Shown in pieces: positions 1 through 13,780 of a DNA stretch of 64,000 nucleotides. The notes beneath the pieces are model-generated. The model saw only the letters and a list, made by a program, of their open reading frames with translations, searched no databases and was not told where the DNA came from. The DNA comes from Octopus sinensis (lineage: Eukaryota). The stretch covers positions 12,152,001 through 12,216,000 of the forward strand of contig NC_043003.1 of NCBI RefSeq assembly GCF_006345805.1, read 5' to 3'. The translations under genes and the position numbers were made by a program. The number at the start of each line of letters is the position of its first letter. Within the stretch, counting starts at the first letter, position 1.

Positions 1-464
1 ACCATTGAAAAGACTGGTTGCCACTGCGCTACAACATTTCTTTTGAATCCTTATGTTCTGAGTTCAAATTCTGCTGAAGTAGACTTTGCTTTTCATTCCT
101 TCAGTACCAGTTGAGCACTGGGGTTGTGGTTGATGTAATGGATTTACTCCCTTCTCTGAAACTGCTGTCCTTGTGCAGCAATTTCAGAAACCGTTATGAA
201 TATAAAGGTTGTGACCTGACAATTGTTGGCATGTTGAGGAAAATGCTTTGTGGCATTTCTTCAGACTTTACATTCCGAATTCAGATTCTGCTGAGATTGA
301 ATTTGCCTTTCATAATTTCAAGGTTGATAAAATAAGTACCAGTTGGGTTGTGGGGGTTGGTGTAATTGACTAGACCCCTCCCCCAAAATTTCAGACCTTT
401 TTCTCCTATAGTAGAAAGCATTTATTATTATTATGCAAGTATAATGTATTAATTATTATGATTT

Positions 465-500
<36 letters not shown>

Positions 501-584
501 AGTGATTATATGCATATATATTCATATTTAGATGCTTGTCTACATGCACGAGGTCCATATATTATACATGTATGCATTCATATT

Positions 585-795
585 CTTTTCTACTCTAGGC
601 ACAAGGCCTGAAATTTTGTGGGAGGTGGGGGCCAGTCGATTAGATCAACCCCAGTATGCAACTGGTACTTAATTTATCAACCCCAAAAGGATGAAAGGCA
701 AAGTCAACCTCAGTGGAATTTGAACTCAGAACGTAAAAACAGACGAAATACCACTAAGCATTTTGCCTGACATGCTAATGCTTCTGCCAGCTTGC
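585..795 (-). mobile_element. Meta-domain-like SINE
   Basis: Reverse complement of gttgactttgcctttcatcctt...gataaattaagtaccag. Other copies lie at 16000-16212(-), 28235-28455, 39395-39610 and 49310-49520(-). Confidence 0.8.
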
Positions 796-827
796 CACCT
801 AATGCATTCTTATATTATACATACACA

Positions 828-1876
828 AAATCAAAATCAAAACAAATCAAAATAGATGAACATCAATGGAATCTGTATCTTTGTGGTACCAGTGCCGGTG
901 GCACACACTTTGTGGTACCAGTGCCGGTGGCACACACTTTGTGGTACCAGTGCCGGTGGCACACAAGAGAACCATCTGAACGTGGCCGTAGCCAGTTCCG
1001 CATCGACTGGCCTCCGTGCTGTGGGCACGTAACAAACACCATCTGATCATGGCCGTTCGCCAGCCTCATCTGGCACCTGTGTCGGTGGCACATAAAAACA
1101 CCTTCCGAAGACCCGGCAAGACTAGTCAGTCCACCTGTGCATACCTTCCTTCTTGTGACACTTGTGAAGACCGGTTGAGGCAAGTGAAAATCAAATCAAA
1201 ATCAAAATAGACAAAATAGATGAACATCAATGGAATTTGTATCTTGTGGTACCAGTGCCTGTGGCACACAAGAAATCCATCAGTGCTGTAGTCAGTGCGG
1301 TGGGCACATGACAAACACCATCTGATCGTGGCCGTTCGCCAGCCTCATCTAGCACCTGTGTCGGTGGCACATAAAAACACCATCCGAAGACCCGGCAAGA
1401 CCAGTCAGGCCATAACCCATGGCCCCTACCTGGGACGTAGTCAGTCCACCTGTGCATACCTTCCTTCTTGTGACACTTGTGAAGACCTGTTGAGGCAAGT
1501 GAAAATCAAAACAAATCAAAATAGATGAACATCAATGGAATTTGTATCTTTGTGGTACCAGTGCCGGTGGCACGTGGCACACAAGAAAACCATCCGAACG
1601 TGGCCGTAGCCAGTACCGCATCGACTGGCCTCCGTGCTGTGGGCACGTAACAAGCACCATCCGATCGTGGCCGTCTGCCAGCCTCGTCTGGCACCTGTGT
1701 CGGTGGCACATAAAATCACCCACTACACTCTCGGAGTGGTTGGCGTTAGGAAGGGCATCCAGCTGTAGAAACACTGCCAGATCTGACTGGACTGGTGCAG
1801 CTTTCGGGCTCCCCAGACCCCAGTTGAACCGTCCAACCCATGGAAAGCGGACGTTAAATGATGATGATGATGATGA
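828..1876 (+). repeat. Three tandem ~320-370 bp units of the RTE 3'UTR, with an internal 29-bp x3 subrepeat
   Basis: aaatcaaaatagatgaacatcaatggaat recurs at ~845, ~1214 and ~1514; ttgtggtaccagtgccggtggcacacact repeats three times at 881-964; a terminal (gat)n tail lies at ~1860-1876. Confidence 0.85.
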
Positions 1877-2090
1877 CACTCACACACCTATAAGTTGATG
1901 CATTATAAAACATGATATATACTTCCATACACAAATGAAGGCTGTGACAGACCAATATGTATTGACATAAACATTTAAATTCATCCATGGATAATGTTAA
2001 TCCTTTCTTACTAACAATTTACCAAAAAGATATACACAAATACATGTACACTAGTAAGAAAGTTGAAAGTAACAGAAAATATGAATGTAC

Positions 2091-2460
2091 TCTTTACTCT
2101 TTTACTCGTTTCAGTCATTTGACTGCAGCTATGCTGGAGCACATGCCTTTTAGTTCAACAAATTGACCCCGGGACTTATTCTTTGTAAGCCTAGTACTTA
2201 TTCTATTGTTGTCTTTTGCCAAACCAATAAGTTATGGGGACGTAAACACACCAACATCGGTTGTCAACCGATGCTGGGGTAGGGAACACACACACACACA
2301 CACACACACATATGTACATACAACGGGTTTCTTTCAGTTTCTGTCTACCAAATCCACTCACAAGGCTTTGGTCGACCCAAGGCTATTGCAGCAGACACTT
2401 GTGCAAGGTGCTACACAGTGTGACTGAACCCAGAACCATGTTCGTGGGAAGCAAGCCCAT
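2091..2460 (-). mobile_element. tRNA-derived SINE, family A
   Basis: Reverse complement of the family-A body (gtggatttggtagac...(TG)n...ccagcatggccgcagtcaaatgactgaaac) and gagtaaaa tail. Confidence 0.85.
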
Positions 2461-3314
2461 TTAGCCTGTGCCTAAATGTGTCTATTTTCTGAACATTTAG
2501 CTTATGTTATCTTATGTTCTGAGTTCAAAGGTAATCTTTGCCTTTCATCATTCCCACTAATAACATAAGCATCAGTCAAGAACTGTGCTCAACATGTAAT
2601 TGATCGTACCCTTGATAGCAGTACCCAGCTGGCAAAAATGAGTAATACCTGTATTTTAAAGCAGCAGCCTTGTCATATTCTGTGTCATGCTGAATCTCCT
2701 TGAGAACTATATTAAGGGTGCATGTGTCTGTGGAGTGCTCAGCCACTTGCATTTTAATTTCATGAGCAGGCTGTCCCATTGATTGGATCAACTCGAACCC
2801 TCATTGTTGTAACTGATGGAGTGCCTGATAAAAAGGCACAGTCATAGTAGGATTACTGAAACCAGTGGAAGAATAAAAGAATTGGCATGTGAAATAAATT
2901 TAAGCATTGTCAACAACAGATCAGTTGGTTAGAAAAAGAACTATTTTATGTATGCCATTTTTTTTACATGCAAATTTAGCATCAATATCTAGAATCCAGG
3001 TAAAAAAAAGTCATGGTAATAAAGTCACACAGGTTTTGTCTGGAGATTTTTGTTTGAGATGGTTTTTGTCTAGATTCCATAAATTAATTGTGGCTTTATT
3101 ACTGGCCACCATAAATTATGACTTTTTTTCCTAGCTAAAATTGTGGCTTTATTATTGTAGCTTTTTTTCCTGTACTTTATTACCGGTCACCAATATCTTT
3201 GTTGAAGCACTCATATATATTATGATGATGCCTTTAATTTAGAGTTTTCTAAAAGCGGATGTTTAGAAAATAGGCTTTCTTATTAGGTATGAAGTAGATA
3301 GTGTGTGTATGTAT

Positions 3315-3361
<47 letters not shown>

Positions 3362-3382
3362 TATATTTATATATATACACAC

Positions 3383-3421
<39 letters not shown>

Positions 3422-3656
3422 ATGAGATTTAAAATAAATAGTATTTTACTCATTTCGAATTTGTCTTTATTTGAGTGCATCATGGTCATATGAGCTTAGG
3501 GGAATCCATCTCTTTGTCCAGGATATTGGTTACGAGGCCCAAAAATGCTGTTATAAGGAGTGAAACTAGAAATCATACCTGCATGAACTGACTTGGAAAC
3601 CTATTCTCACACAGATATATTCACACATACATATGCATAAACACATATATGTTCAT

Positions 3657-3692
<36 letters not shown>

Positions 3693-4815
3693 GCCAATGA
3701 TTAAATCACTGCAAGGTTACTTACCATATAGCAGCCAAATCACCCTCAAATAACAATGTGCTAAAAAGAAACAAAAAAAAAAACACAAGGAAAGATTTGT
3801 TGGATAACTTACACATAGATATCATTATGCAAAAGAAAAAAATAAGTGTCTTGTACTTAAGATGAGAGTCATAGCTAGAAAACCTTTTGATCAGAAGTTT
3901 GCTTGATCAGTAAGCACAACTGACATCAAAGAATTGATAGGATGTTTTTTTCTTTTTTATACAAATTTTCTTTTGATAGGGAAATAGCTGAATGACTTAA
4001 ATAGCCGTAAAAATCAATGTTACTTTTATTTCATTAACCTTATTCTATGATGAAAGGTAAAAGTCACCCTTGCTTGCTTTGTAGGACAACAAAGCAGAAA
4101 GTGTGAAACTATAAAAGTTCCGTAATTTATGCTTAGCTTTTATCTAATGATATATCTTTTATCTTTTACTTGTTTCAGTCATTAGACTGTGGCCATGCTG
4201 GAGCACCACCTTGGTGAATTTTTTTAGTCAAACGAATCAACCCCAGTGATTATTTACAGGGATGTAAATGCACCAGCACCAGTTGCCAAGTAGTGGTGGA
4301 GGACAGAGACACAAACACATACACACACAATAGGCTTCTTTCAGTTTCTGTCTACCAAATCCACTCACAAGGCTTTGGTTGGCCCAAGGCTACAGTAGAA
4401 TATACTTGCTCAAAGTGCCACACAGAGGGACTGAGCCTGGAACCATGTGGTTGGGAAGCAAGCTTCTTACCACACAGCCATCATGCCGGTGCGTATATAT
4501 ATATATGAACTCTCCTATTGTTAGATGATGTATGAGAGTTTGACAATTTCTTACCAAACAACCACACAGATGATTTGTTTATAAGGATCAAATGTTTGTG
4601 TACATATAAACTCCCTCCCTCCATCAGATCAACATTACCTGTACAGGTGCAATGGGGTGCCGCATGTCAGATGCCAAAGAGATTGCAGAGCAACATGAAA
4701 TGAAGAGCTTTGCTCAAGAATACAATGCAATGCCCAGTCTGAGAATCGAACCCACGATCTCACAATCAAGAGTGCAACACCTTAACCACTGAGCTATACA
4801 CCTTCAGATTTATAT

Positions 4816-5213
4816 ACTCTTTTACTCTCTTTTACTCTTTTACTTGTTTCAGTCATTTGACTGCAGCCATGCTGGAGCACCACCTTTAGTCAAGCAGATT
4901 GACCCCAGGACTTATTCTTTGTATGCCTAGTTCTTATTCAATCGGTTTCTTTGGCTGAGCTGCTAAGTTACGGGGACGTAAACACACCAGCATCGGTTGT
5001 CAAGTGATGTTGGGGGGACAAACGCAGACACACACACACATATATATACATATATACGACGGGTTTCTTTCAGTTTCCATCTATCAAATCCACTCACGAG
5101 GCTTTGGTCGGCCCGAGGCTATAGCAGAAGACACTTGCTCAAAGTGTCACACAGTTGGACTGAACCTGAAACCATGTGGTTGGTAAGCAAGCTACTTACT
5201 ACACAGCCACTCA
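4816..5213 (-). mobile_element. tRNA-derived SINE, family A (full length)
   Basis: Head gagtggctgtgtagtaag / ggttcagtcc and tail (gagtaaaa)n. Confidence 0.9.
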
Positions 5214-6920
5214 TGTAAAAATAAAAAGTCTGAAACCAAAGACAGTTTAAAGATTAGAGATATGTATGTTTGGAAATTATATAAATAGGCACAAGTATAA
5301 CTGTGTGAGTTTAACTGAATTCACTTCAAAGCCACTTAGTGCTGAATTTGATTCCCCTGCACAGCACTTTGGGTAAGTCTCTTGTTCAAAAGCCACAAGC
5401 TGAATATTGTGTAATAAAGGAAATTGTGTGGAAGCCTGTCATTGATATGTGTGTGCCTGTTTTTATATGTACTTAAGTTAAAACTGGTGTTGTGCCTCTT
5501 TATGCCCAGTAACTTAGTGGTTTGATATAGATTGATAAAATATTTACTCAGCTGAAATAAATACTCTTAGTGATATACTCAATAAGCCTCTGTGCCTCTG
5601 TGCCTCTGTATGGTTGTAGTTGTCCAATGAGTGAAACATGTAGAATAAAAGAATGTAATATATCTTTCATTTTTCTTTTACTGGTTTTAGTCATTGGGCT
5701 GTGGCCATGCTGGAACACTGGCTTAACAGGTTTTGGTTGAACAAAGTTGACCCCAGTTGTTATTTTCTTTCTTAAGTCTTATTCTGTCAGTGTCTTTTGC
5801 TGGACTGCTAAGTTACAGGGACATAAACAAACCAACACCTGTTGTGAAGCAGTGGTGGGGGTAGTGACCACCACAGACATAAAAGACACACACATATACA
5901 CATATGACACACAGTTTCCACTTATCAAATTCTCTCTAAAGTCATTGGTCAATCTGAGGCTATAGTAGAAGACACCTACCCAAAGTGCTATGCAAAAAAA
6001 ATTATAAACTTCATATTCCTTACACTTTCTAGCATGTTCTACCCTGATAAGGCTTTTTCATTCCTATTATGATGAAATGACATAGAGATGTTGTACAATT
6101 GTAAATCTCTGACTGTCTGTCTGTCTCTCTCTCCCTCTCTCCCTGCTCTCTATCTCTCTTTCTCTCTCCCCACTCTTCCTCTGTCTCCCATATATGCATA
6201 TATATTACAATCCTAGATTCACTTATCTGAAGTGTCATATAACTTCTCTGTCACAAGTAAGTTTTCTCTTATGTTAACATTTGTCATCTTTGTCATCTCA
6301 CATTCTCATTATCTATACACACCACTAAAGTGCAGTTGTATCTTTTTCACATATATCAACCAATGCTTTTGATACCATTGTGACGTGTCCATTCTCTCGC
6401 ATTCGAACTTTATCAGCAGTCCATATTGTTCATCTAACAATCTACACTTAATTCCTCTCTAATTGTTGCAGTTGTTGTAACCAAACTGCTGATATTTTTC
6501 AACAGTGCAACATCACATATTTGCTATACATATATAATTCTCCTGTTCAACAGAATAAGAAGCAGCAGTCCTCTAGACATCTCTCAATTCTACATCTTTG
6601 AAGTTCTTATTACCATACTATCGATAACTCAACAAGTAATAATTACATTATCCAAGAGGCAAGACTTACTTGCTACTTCCAGCACAACATCAAAGGGATA
6701 TTAAACTCAGTATGGATCTTGTCAGTAAAGGACAGTTTTGCCTTTCATTCACTTTGCGTTAATAAAATAAAGAGTAATCTATAATTTGATTTGGCGCAAT
6801 TGACTGTGTGTTCAATGAATAAGGAACTCTTAAATAATTGATTCTCTAGCCATCTTCTTGAGATTCACTGCATCTTTTGTGCACTCCTTTACTTCACTAA
6901 ATGAGCTACAAACAACAGGG

Positions 6921-7113
6921 ATGATGATAATTATAATAATAATAATAATGATAATAATAATAATAATAGTAATAATAATGATAATAATAATAATGATGAT
7001 AATAGTAATAATAGTAATAGTAATAATAATAATAATAATAATAATGATGATAATAATAGTAATAATAAATAATAATAATAATAATAATAATAATAAGGAT
7101 GATAATAATGATG

Positions 7114-7153
<40 letters not shown>

Positions 7154-7499
7154 TAATAATAATAATGATAATGATAATAATAATAGTAATGATAATAATA
7201 ATAATAATGATAATAATGATGATAATAATGATGATAATAATATAATAATGATAATAATAATGATAATAATGATGATAATAATAATAATAAATAATAATAA
7301 TAAAATAATAATGATAATGATAATAATAATAGTAATGATAATAATAATAATAATGATAATAATGATGATAATAATAATAATAATGATAATAATAATGATG
7401 ATAATAATAATAATAATAATAATGATAATAATGATGATAATAATAATAATAATAATAATGATGATGATAATAATGATGATAATAATGATGATAATAATG

Positions 7500-7530
<31 letters not shown>

Positions 7531-7555
7531 TGATAATAATAATACCAATAATGAT
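6921..7555. repeat. Very long compound (AAT/GAT)n trinucleotide microsatellite
   Basis: About 635 bp of ATA/ATG/GTA triplets, the source of the poly-I/N/Y/L pseudo-ORFs. Confidence 0.98.
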
Positions 7556-7794
7556 CTGTAATTTTGGCACAGAGCTGCACACATTTAAGGGAGGGGGTAT
7601 ATCTAATCAGCTTTTGGATCCATATTTCATTGATTCTGCTGGGATGCTTGGCAAAATTGCCCCAACATTATTAAATTAAGCTAAGATAATAATTATTCAT
7701 ATTTAAGCTTTACTCATTTCTCAGCTCTTACTAATTTTGTCTCTTCTCTTAGTTTCTCTCAACTTTCATTCTTTTCTTAGCTTTTTATTCCTTT

Positions 7795-7833
<39 letters not shown>

Positions 7834-8336
7834 TCTCTCTCCCCTCACTCTCTCCTTTCTTTTCTCATGTTGAGAAGCCAACAGGCTGCAAAGACACTGC
7901 TCAAAGTGTTGTGCAGAGGAATCAAGTGTCTTTGTCAGATTATTACTCACTTTCTATGTATTCTGTGGAGCTTATTGTGATAAATAATGATATTACAGGC
8001 TATATCATGGATTGCAATATGGGAGTATCTTATTAAATTAAAATAATAATTATCTATATAAACTAGACTGAATCACCTAGCCTGGGGTAACTGTGTCTTC
8101 CATGCTACCCTAACTATTTTAACAGCATATGACAGGGAGCTACTATGTGACTGCTTCCACAGTCTTCACTGGAGTGACTTGAAAAGTAGTTCTCCAGCCA
8201 TAGTGAAAGCAACCTAACTAGGATATGAGAAATACTGAATAAAATTCAACACAGATGAGACATGAACACTACAGACTGCAACAAAGACAACTAGTCTAGG
8301 AGAGCGTTAACTCTGCCAAAAAAAAAAATTAAGAAA

Positions 8337-8740
8337 GGCACAAGAGTGGCTGTGTGGTAAGTAGCTTGCTAACCAACCACATGGTTCCAGGTTCAGTCCT
8401 ACTGCGTGGCACCTTGGACAAGTGTCTTCTACTATAACCTCAGGCCGACCAAAGCCTTGTGAGTGGATTTGGTAGATGGAAACTGAAAGAAGCCCATCGT
8501 ATATATATTATGTATGTGTGTGTGTATGTTTGTGTGTGTGTGTGTCCCAACATCGCTTGACATCGATGCTGGTGTGTTTACGTCCCCGTAACTTAGCGGT
8601 TTGACATAGGAGACCAATGGAATAAGTACTAGGCTTACAAAGAATAAGTCCTGGGGTCGATTTTCTCAACTAAAAGCGGTGCTCCAGCATGGCTGCAGTC
8701 AAAATGACTGAAACGAATAAAAGAAAAAGAAAGAATAAAA
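8337..8740 (+). mobile_element. tRNA-derived SINE, family A (full length)
   Basis: A-box-like TGGCTGTGTGG, B-box-like GGTTCAGTCC, central ccttggacaagtgtcttct, (TG)n, and 3' tail. Confidence 0.9.
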
Positions 8741-9129
8741 CTGTGGAAGAAACATTTTAGTGGTGGAGCCACTTGACAATCTCTCCAGTCTGTTGACATG
8801 ATAAAATGTACCCTGTTCATGTTGTAAAGTGATTGGTAATAGTTTTATTGACTAGATGCCCTTTCTATGTAAAAAAAAAAAAATTACATAGAATGACAAA
8901 ACTTAATTGCATGCATTGAACAGACACACATCATATTAATGGTGTGCACATTAGGGAAGAGCTCAGGTGGGAACGTTTGACTAGGTGTGAGAACTCTTTG
9001 GCTGACATCAAATGGTCTAGGCATTCTTATTTAACACTCTTCCTTTCAGATGTAGAAGAACAGACATCAAACAGCTCACTTGCTACTCAGACTGCAAAGC
9101 TGCCACTGTTTAGGTTGGCATTTTTTTAT

Positions 9130-9443
9130 TTATGCGCCCTTTTCAGGCCTAGCCAGGCTCATGGGCCTGGTTTCTCGGTTTCTGTGGCGTATGTGTTCTC
9201 CCCAGCTGGACAGGATGCCAGTCCATCGCAGCGTTACTCAAAAAACAGGAAGAAAGAGAGAGAGTGAGAGAAAGTTGGGGGCGAAAGAGTACAAGAGGGT
9301 TCACTACCACCCCCTGCCAGAGCCTCATGGAGCTTTAGGTGTTTTCGCTCAATAAACATACAGAACGCCTGGTCTGGGAATCGAAACCGTGATCCTCCGA
9401 CCGCGAGTCTGCTGCCCTAACCACTGGGCCATTGCGCCTCCAC
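9130..9443 (-). mobile_element. tRNA-derived SINE related to 17970-18270
   Basis: Minus head gtggaggcgcaatggcccagtggttaggg. Related copies lie at 50742-50960(+), 49545-49793(-), 57480-57815(-), 4600-4806(-) and a 3' part at 2560-2826(+). Confidence 0.82.
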
Positions 9444-10221
9444 TAATGTTGGCATAATGCTAATGAAAGATAGGTCTGGTGTTAGAGTGGAGGCAAGTAA
9501 ATGTATGCCATGTATACAAGACAAGATAGAGGAAAACCTCGGCCAGACTCTTAGTGGGCAAAAAATACAGGTACAAATTCTTCTGGATATGTAACAGTGT
9601 TGGGTTGGGTGGAGTAGGCATTTTGTCTGGCAAAGAAATAAGTCGATAAAGTAATTAAAGTAACCAGGATATGTGACAAATGATTAAACTTTGGTTAGTG
9701 ATAAGCAGCACTGCAGCATCAATGATTTACCTCAGCATATGCATACCAATCTGTACTGGCAGGTGAGCAAGAGCACTGATTCTTTGAAGTTCTCTTGCAG
9801 ACTATCAATAACAAATGATGACAGCAACTTCATTATCATAGCTGGTAACTTTAATGGATATGTTAGACAATCTCATTATGACTACTCTGATATATTTATA
9901 TATGTAAGTTATGTACATGATATAAAGAATGAGGTGGATTAATATTATTAATCTGTCTCAAGCAATGACGCAAAACAAGAAGACTTCATACTCACCTGGA
10001 AATATAATAGACAGTTGGATGTGAATGCTAATTTTTTCTCCAATGAAAAATGTATCACTCAACATGGGCTAGTGATTAGTGATATCTGGTTTAGTGGGGT
10101 AAATGGATTCAGAAACACAAGGGAGTCTGGAAAAAGAAGGTATTGATACTTGTTGACCTAAATAAAGAGGAGGAAGGGATAAAGATTTATAGAAGAGTAT
10201 TAAGAGTTTTATGAAACGTTC

Positions 10222-10615
10222 TTTTCTACTCTAGGTGCAAGGCCTGAAATCTTTGAGTGGGGTGGGCAGTCAATTAGATCGACCTCGGTATGCAACTGAT
10301 ACTTAATTTATTGACCCCGAAAGGATGAAAGGCAAAGTCGACCTTGGCGGAATTTGAACTCAGAACGTAAAGACAGATGAAATACCTATTTCTTTATTAT
10401 CCACAAGGGGCTAAACAGAGAGAGGACAAACAAGGACAAACAAACGGATTAAGTCGATTATATCGACCCCAGTGCGTAACTGGTACTTATTTAATCGACC
10501 CCGAAAGGATGAAAGGCAAAGTCGACCTCAGCGGAATTTGAACTCAGAATGTAACGGCAGGTGAAATACCACTAAGCATTTCGCTCGGCATGCTAACAAT
10601 TCTGCCAGCCCCACT
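10222..10615 (-). mobile_element. Tandem pair of Meta-domain-like SINEs
   Basis: gaaaggatgaaaggcaaagtcgacct occurs twice (~10320 and ~10503); junction gaaatacc|tatttcttt at ~10387. Confidence 0.8.
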
Positions 10616-11414
10616 GCTTTTTTTATGAAGCATTCTACAGCAAGTGCAGACCAGAGCTATGCATAGAGCAAGATGTAGATTGACCAGATGGCAGGTGGCA
10701 TGGTGGTGGAGTGGTGCAATAGATAAAACCATAAATGCTAAGAGACAGTCCTGGAAAGATTGGAATAAAATGGGTGTGTAGCAAGTAACAATATCAGATA
10801 GGTGGGAAAGAAGCTAGATATCAGGTATATGTGGTGCAGAAAGAAACTGAAAGTAAGAGGTTTGCCATTAAGTGATAAACTTTGTGTTCAGATAGGTTGG
10901 TTTCCAGCACTCCCCCTTCACTATTTGTAATAGTTGTCTACACCATATAAGGATTTTAAGGCAGATGTTCCTGAGAACTAGGTAGATGACCCAGTTCTGG
11001 TTATTGAATCTATTACAAATTTAGAGAAATTCTAAATGGAAACAAAAGCTAGAATTAAAAAGCTTTAAAGTAAACTGAGTAAATATAAGTTTTAGCTGGC
11101 AGGAAGTGGACTACTTTTGATATACAGAAAAGGAGTTGATAAAATTCCCTCTGGTATACTCAATATGGATGCAAAAGTAGTTTAGTGGGATTACAGGGAA
11201 GGATGATTTCATAAGGGTATGGGAACTTTTGATGTCACTGATTTGATGCTGACTTACTTGACATCAGATATTTTAATGTTTTTCCTGTTCTAACACTTTC
11301 CTCTCTCACTCTCTCTTTCGTTCTCTTCCTCTCTGTTTCTGTGTGTGAGCATGAAGTTATGTATGTATGTATGTATAATCTCTCTCTCTCAGTATGTGTA
11401 TATTTCTGTGCACT

Positions 11415-11604
11415 GTGCCGATGGCACGTAAAAAGCACCCACTACACTAACGGAGTGGTTGGCATTAGGAAGGGCATCCAGCTGTAGAAACACTGCCAGA
11501 TCAGACTGGAGCCTGGTGCAGCCTCCTGGCTTCCCAGACCCCGGTCGAACCGTCCAACCCATGTTAGCATGGAAAACGAATGTTAAACGATGGTGATGAT
11601 GATG
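11415..11604 (+). mobile_element. 5'-truncated RTE 3'UTR copy
   Basis: Starts at hairpin gtgccgatggcac, then aaaagcacccactacact...ggcatccagctgtagaaac...gatgatgatg. Confidence 0.85.
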
Positions 11605-13509
11605 TGTATGTTTATAAACAGCCTCCAGTGCTAAAGTGTACTATTGCTAAAGCAGGTTGACTGTCCAGTCAACCATGTCAAATTGTCAGCATCTAAAGAA
11701 CTGTGCCAAATTACCTCATTCTGGTTTCATGTGGAAGAGACTGATATGGTGTAGTGAGCAGTAAGACTACCTGTGAAATAAATTTAAAATTAGTTGATAG
11801 CTTTTGTTATGTAGGTGTAACCTAATAATCAGTGGAAACGTGTGTTCTGAAAGTATAAAATAACCAATGTATGAATAGAGTGGGAAAATGTTTAGGGAGC
11901 TGTAACCCCTGCTGACAACACAGAAATTCTGTCTCTAAGTGAAGGGGAAATTGTATGATACTTGTGTACAAAGAGCAGTGTTGCATGGCATCTAAAATGT
12001 GGACTTTGAATATTGGAGGATGTGTGAAAGCTTGAATGAAATGAGGCAAGCACATTTGTTTGATGTGTAATGTTAGTGTACAAGTTAGCTGGAAGAAAAA
12101 TTGGTTATAAGAGGAATTAGATGTAGTGTGCAAGAGAGAAGATTGTGCTGGTATAGAAATGTGATGCAGATGAAAGTATGATAAGAAGTACCAAGCAATT
12201 CAAATGGAAGGAATCTGCAGAAGAGAAGAATTGAAGAAAACACAGGAAGAAGCAATGGTGTGCTTTCTGCAATTTCCATCAAACAAAATCTTTCACATGG
12301 TATTGGTTAACCCAGAACTATAGCAGAAAGACACTGAATGTGCTACACAGAAGGACTAAACCTGAAATCACATATCTGTGAAGCAACTTTCTAAATCTCA
12401 CAGCCATGCCTGTGTTTGTCTTATTTCAAAGTGTTTACTGTAATAAATTAGAAATTTTAATTTCATCTGTGTTTTAAAAGATAAAAAAATCTGTTACATT
12501 CAACTCAGGCACAAGGATACTACTATCCCTATTTCTTTTCAATATGCTGTTTTATCCGTGAGAATTATGATTTTGAAGTCTGTTGATTCAGAGCTTGTTC
12601 ATATTTTCCTTAGATTTAGAATAATATTTATTTTTTTTTTGTAATAAAATACATATTTCTCTCAAGCAATACCTAGATGTATGATAACTTTCCTTACTAC
12701 AAGGAACATATATTTTTTTTATTTTCTTTTGATTTGTCATAGTAATAAGTCATTTATGTTTTTTTTATATATATTTCTATAAAAATAGTCATGTCAGTGT
12801 ACCACTTTCATTGGAGGTGAAAGTTAGCAAGCACTTGACTTATTGTCTGTACATTCACAAGAACCAGTAGTTGTGCTAGATTCAGATATAAAATATGAAA
12901 TGTATATTTATATCTCATTATGTGTGAGGGTAACCTTAAGATAAGAAAAAAAAATTGTACTGGACATTTAATTTGTAAGAGCAAGATATAAAAATTCATA
13001 CTGTATTAAACATCAACAGCAGTAGATAACTGTCTTAAACATTCTTACTATATGATAAAGTTTATTGTTCTATATTCTTATTGTCTTCATGCGAAATGGT
13101 TTTTTGTCAGTTTGCTTTGACCTTAATTACTGCTTATGTTAACACTTTTTTTTAGCTTAGTGCATAACTGCTCATCCTGTATACCTCTACCACTACCATC
13201 ATCTAAGCATCTATTTTTCCTACTTGGCATTGGTGTACAATACTGTAGTTCTCCATGCATCTTAATCCTGTTTTTATCTTATCTGTTCTGTGCCTAATCT
13301 AATTAATCCAAGATAATTCTTTGTCTCTACAGTAATAGCAACTATCTTCTTTAGAGAATTTTGATATTTGTTTTATTTCATTATTATTATTTTTTTTATC
13401 ATTTTGGATGCATTGTTCTACATACATATGTACTGTAGTCCCTAAACATTGGCTACAGTTTTTGATACTAAATTAGTCTCTTAATTTTATTTATGCGTGA
13501 CCGTTCTCT

Positions 13510-13780
13510 TACGTTAACACATACACACACACACACACTACATTACACACATACACGTACACACTACATACATACTACACATACTACACACACACCACAC
13601 ATACACTCCACACACACACTACACACACACACACCATGCGTACACGTACACACACCATGTGCACACACCTACACACACACACCACACATGAATGTACACA
13701 CACTACACACACCGTGCATGCATGTGCACACAAACACACGTATACACAAACACATGTACACACACATACTACACACACAC
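13510..13780. repeat. Degenerate (CA)n-rich low-complexity tract
   Basis: Interrupted CA/TA dinucleotide runs. Confidence 0.9.

Larger units (their letters stand above)
9480..12260 (+). mobile_element. Highly decayed, near-full-length RTE LINE (APE, linker, RT/C-terminus) interrupted by SINEs
   Basis: Frame-broken remnants: YKFFW..NSVGLGGVGIL and IIAGNFNGYV (APE); WWWSGAIDKTINAKRQSWKDW; VKGKLYDTCVQRAVLH..MWT; CSVQERRLCWY. Confidence 0.7.

Noticed and set aside
6830-7679. Long ORFs of 217-273 aa (poly-I/N/Y/L)
   Set aside because: These are translations of the (AAT/GAT)n microsatellite, which lacks stops in several frames.
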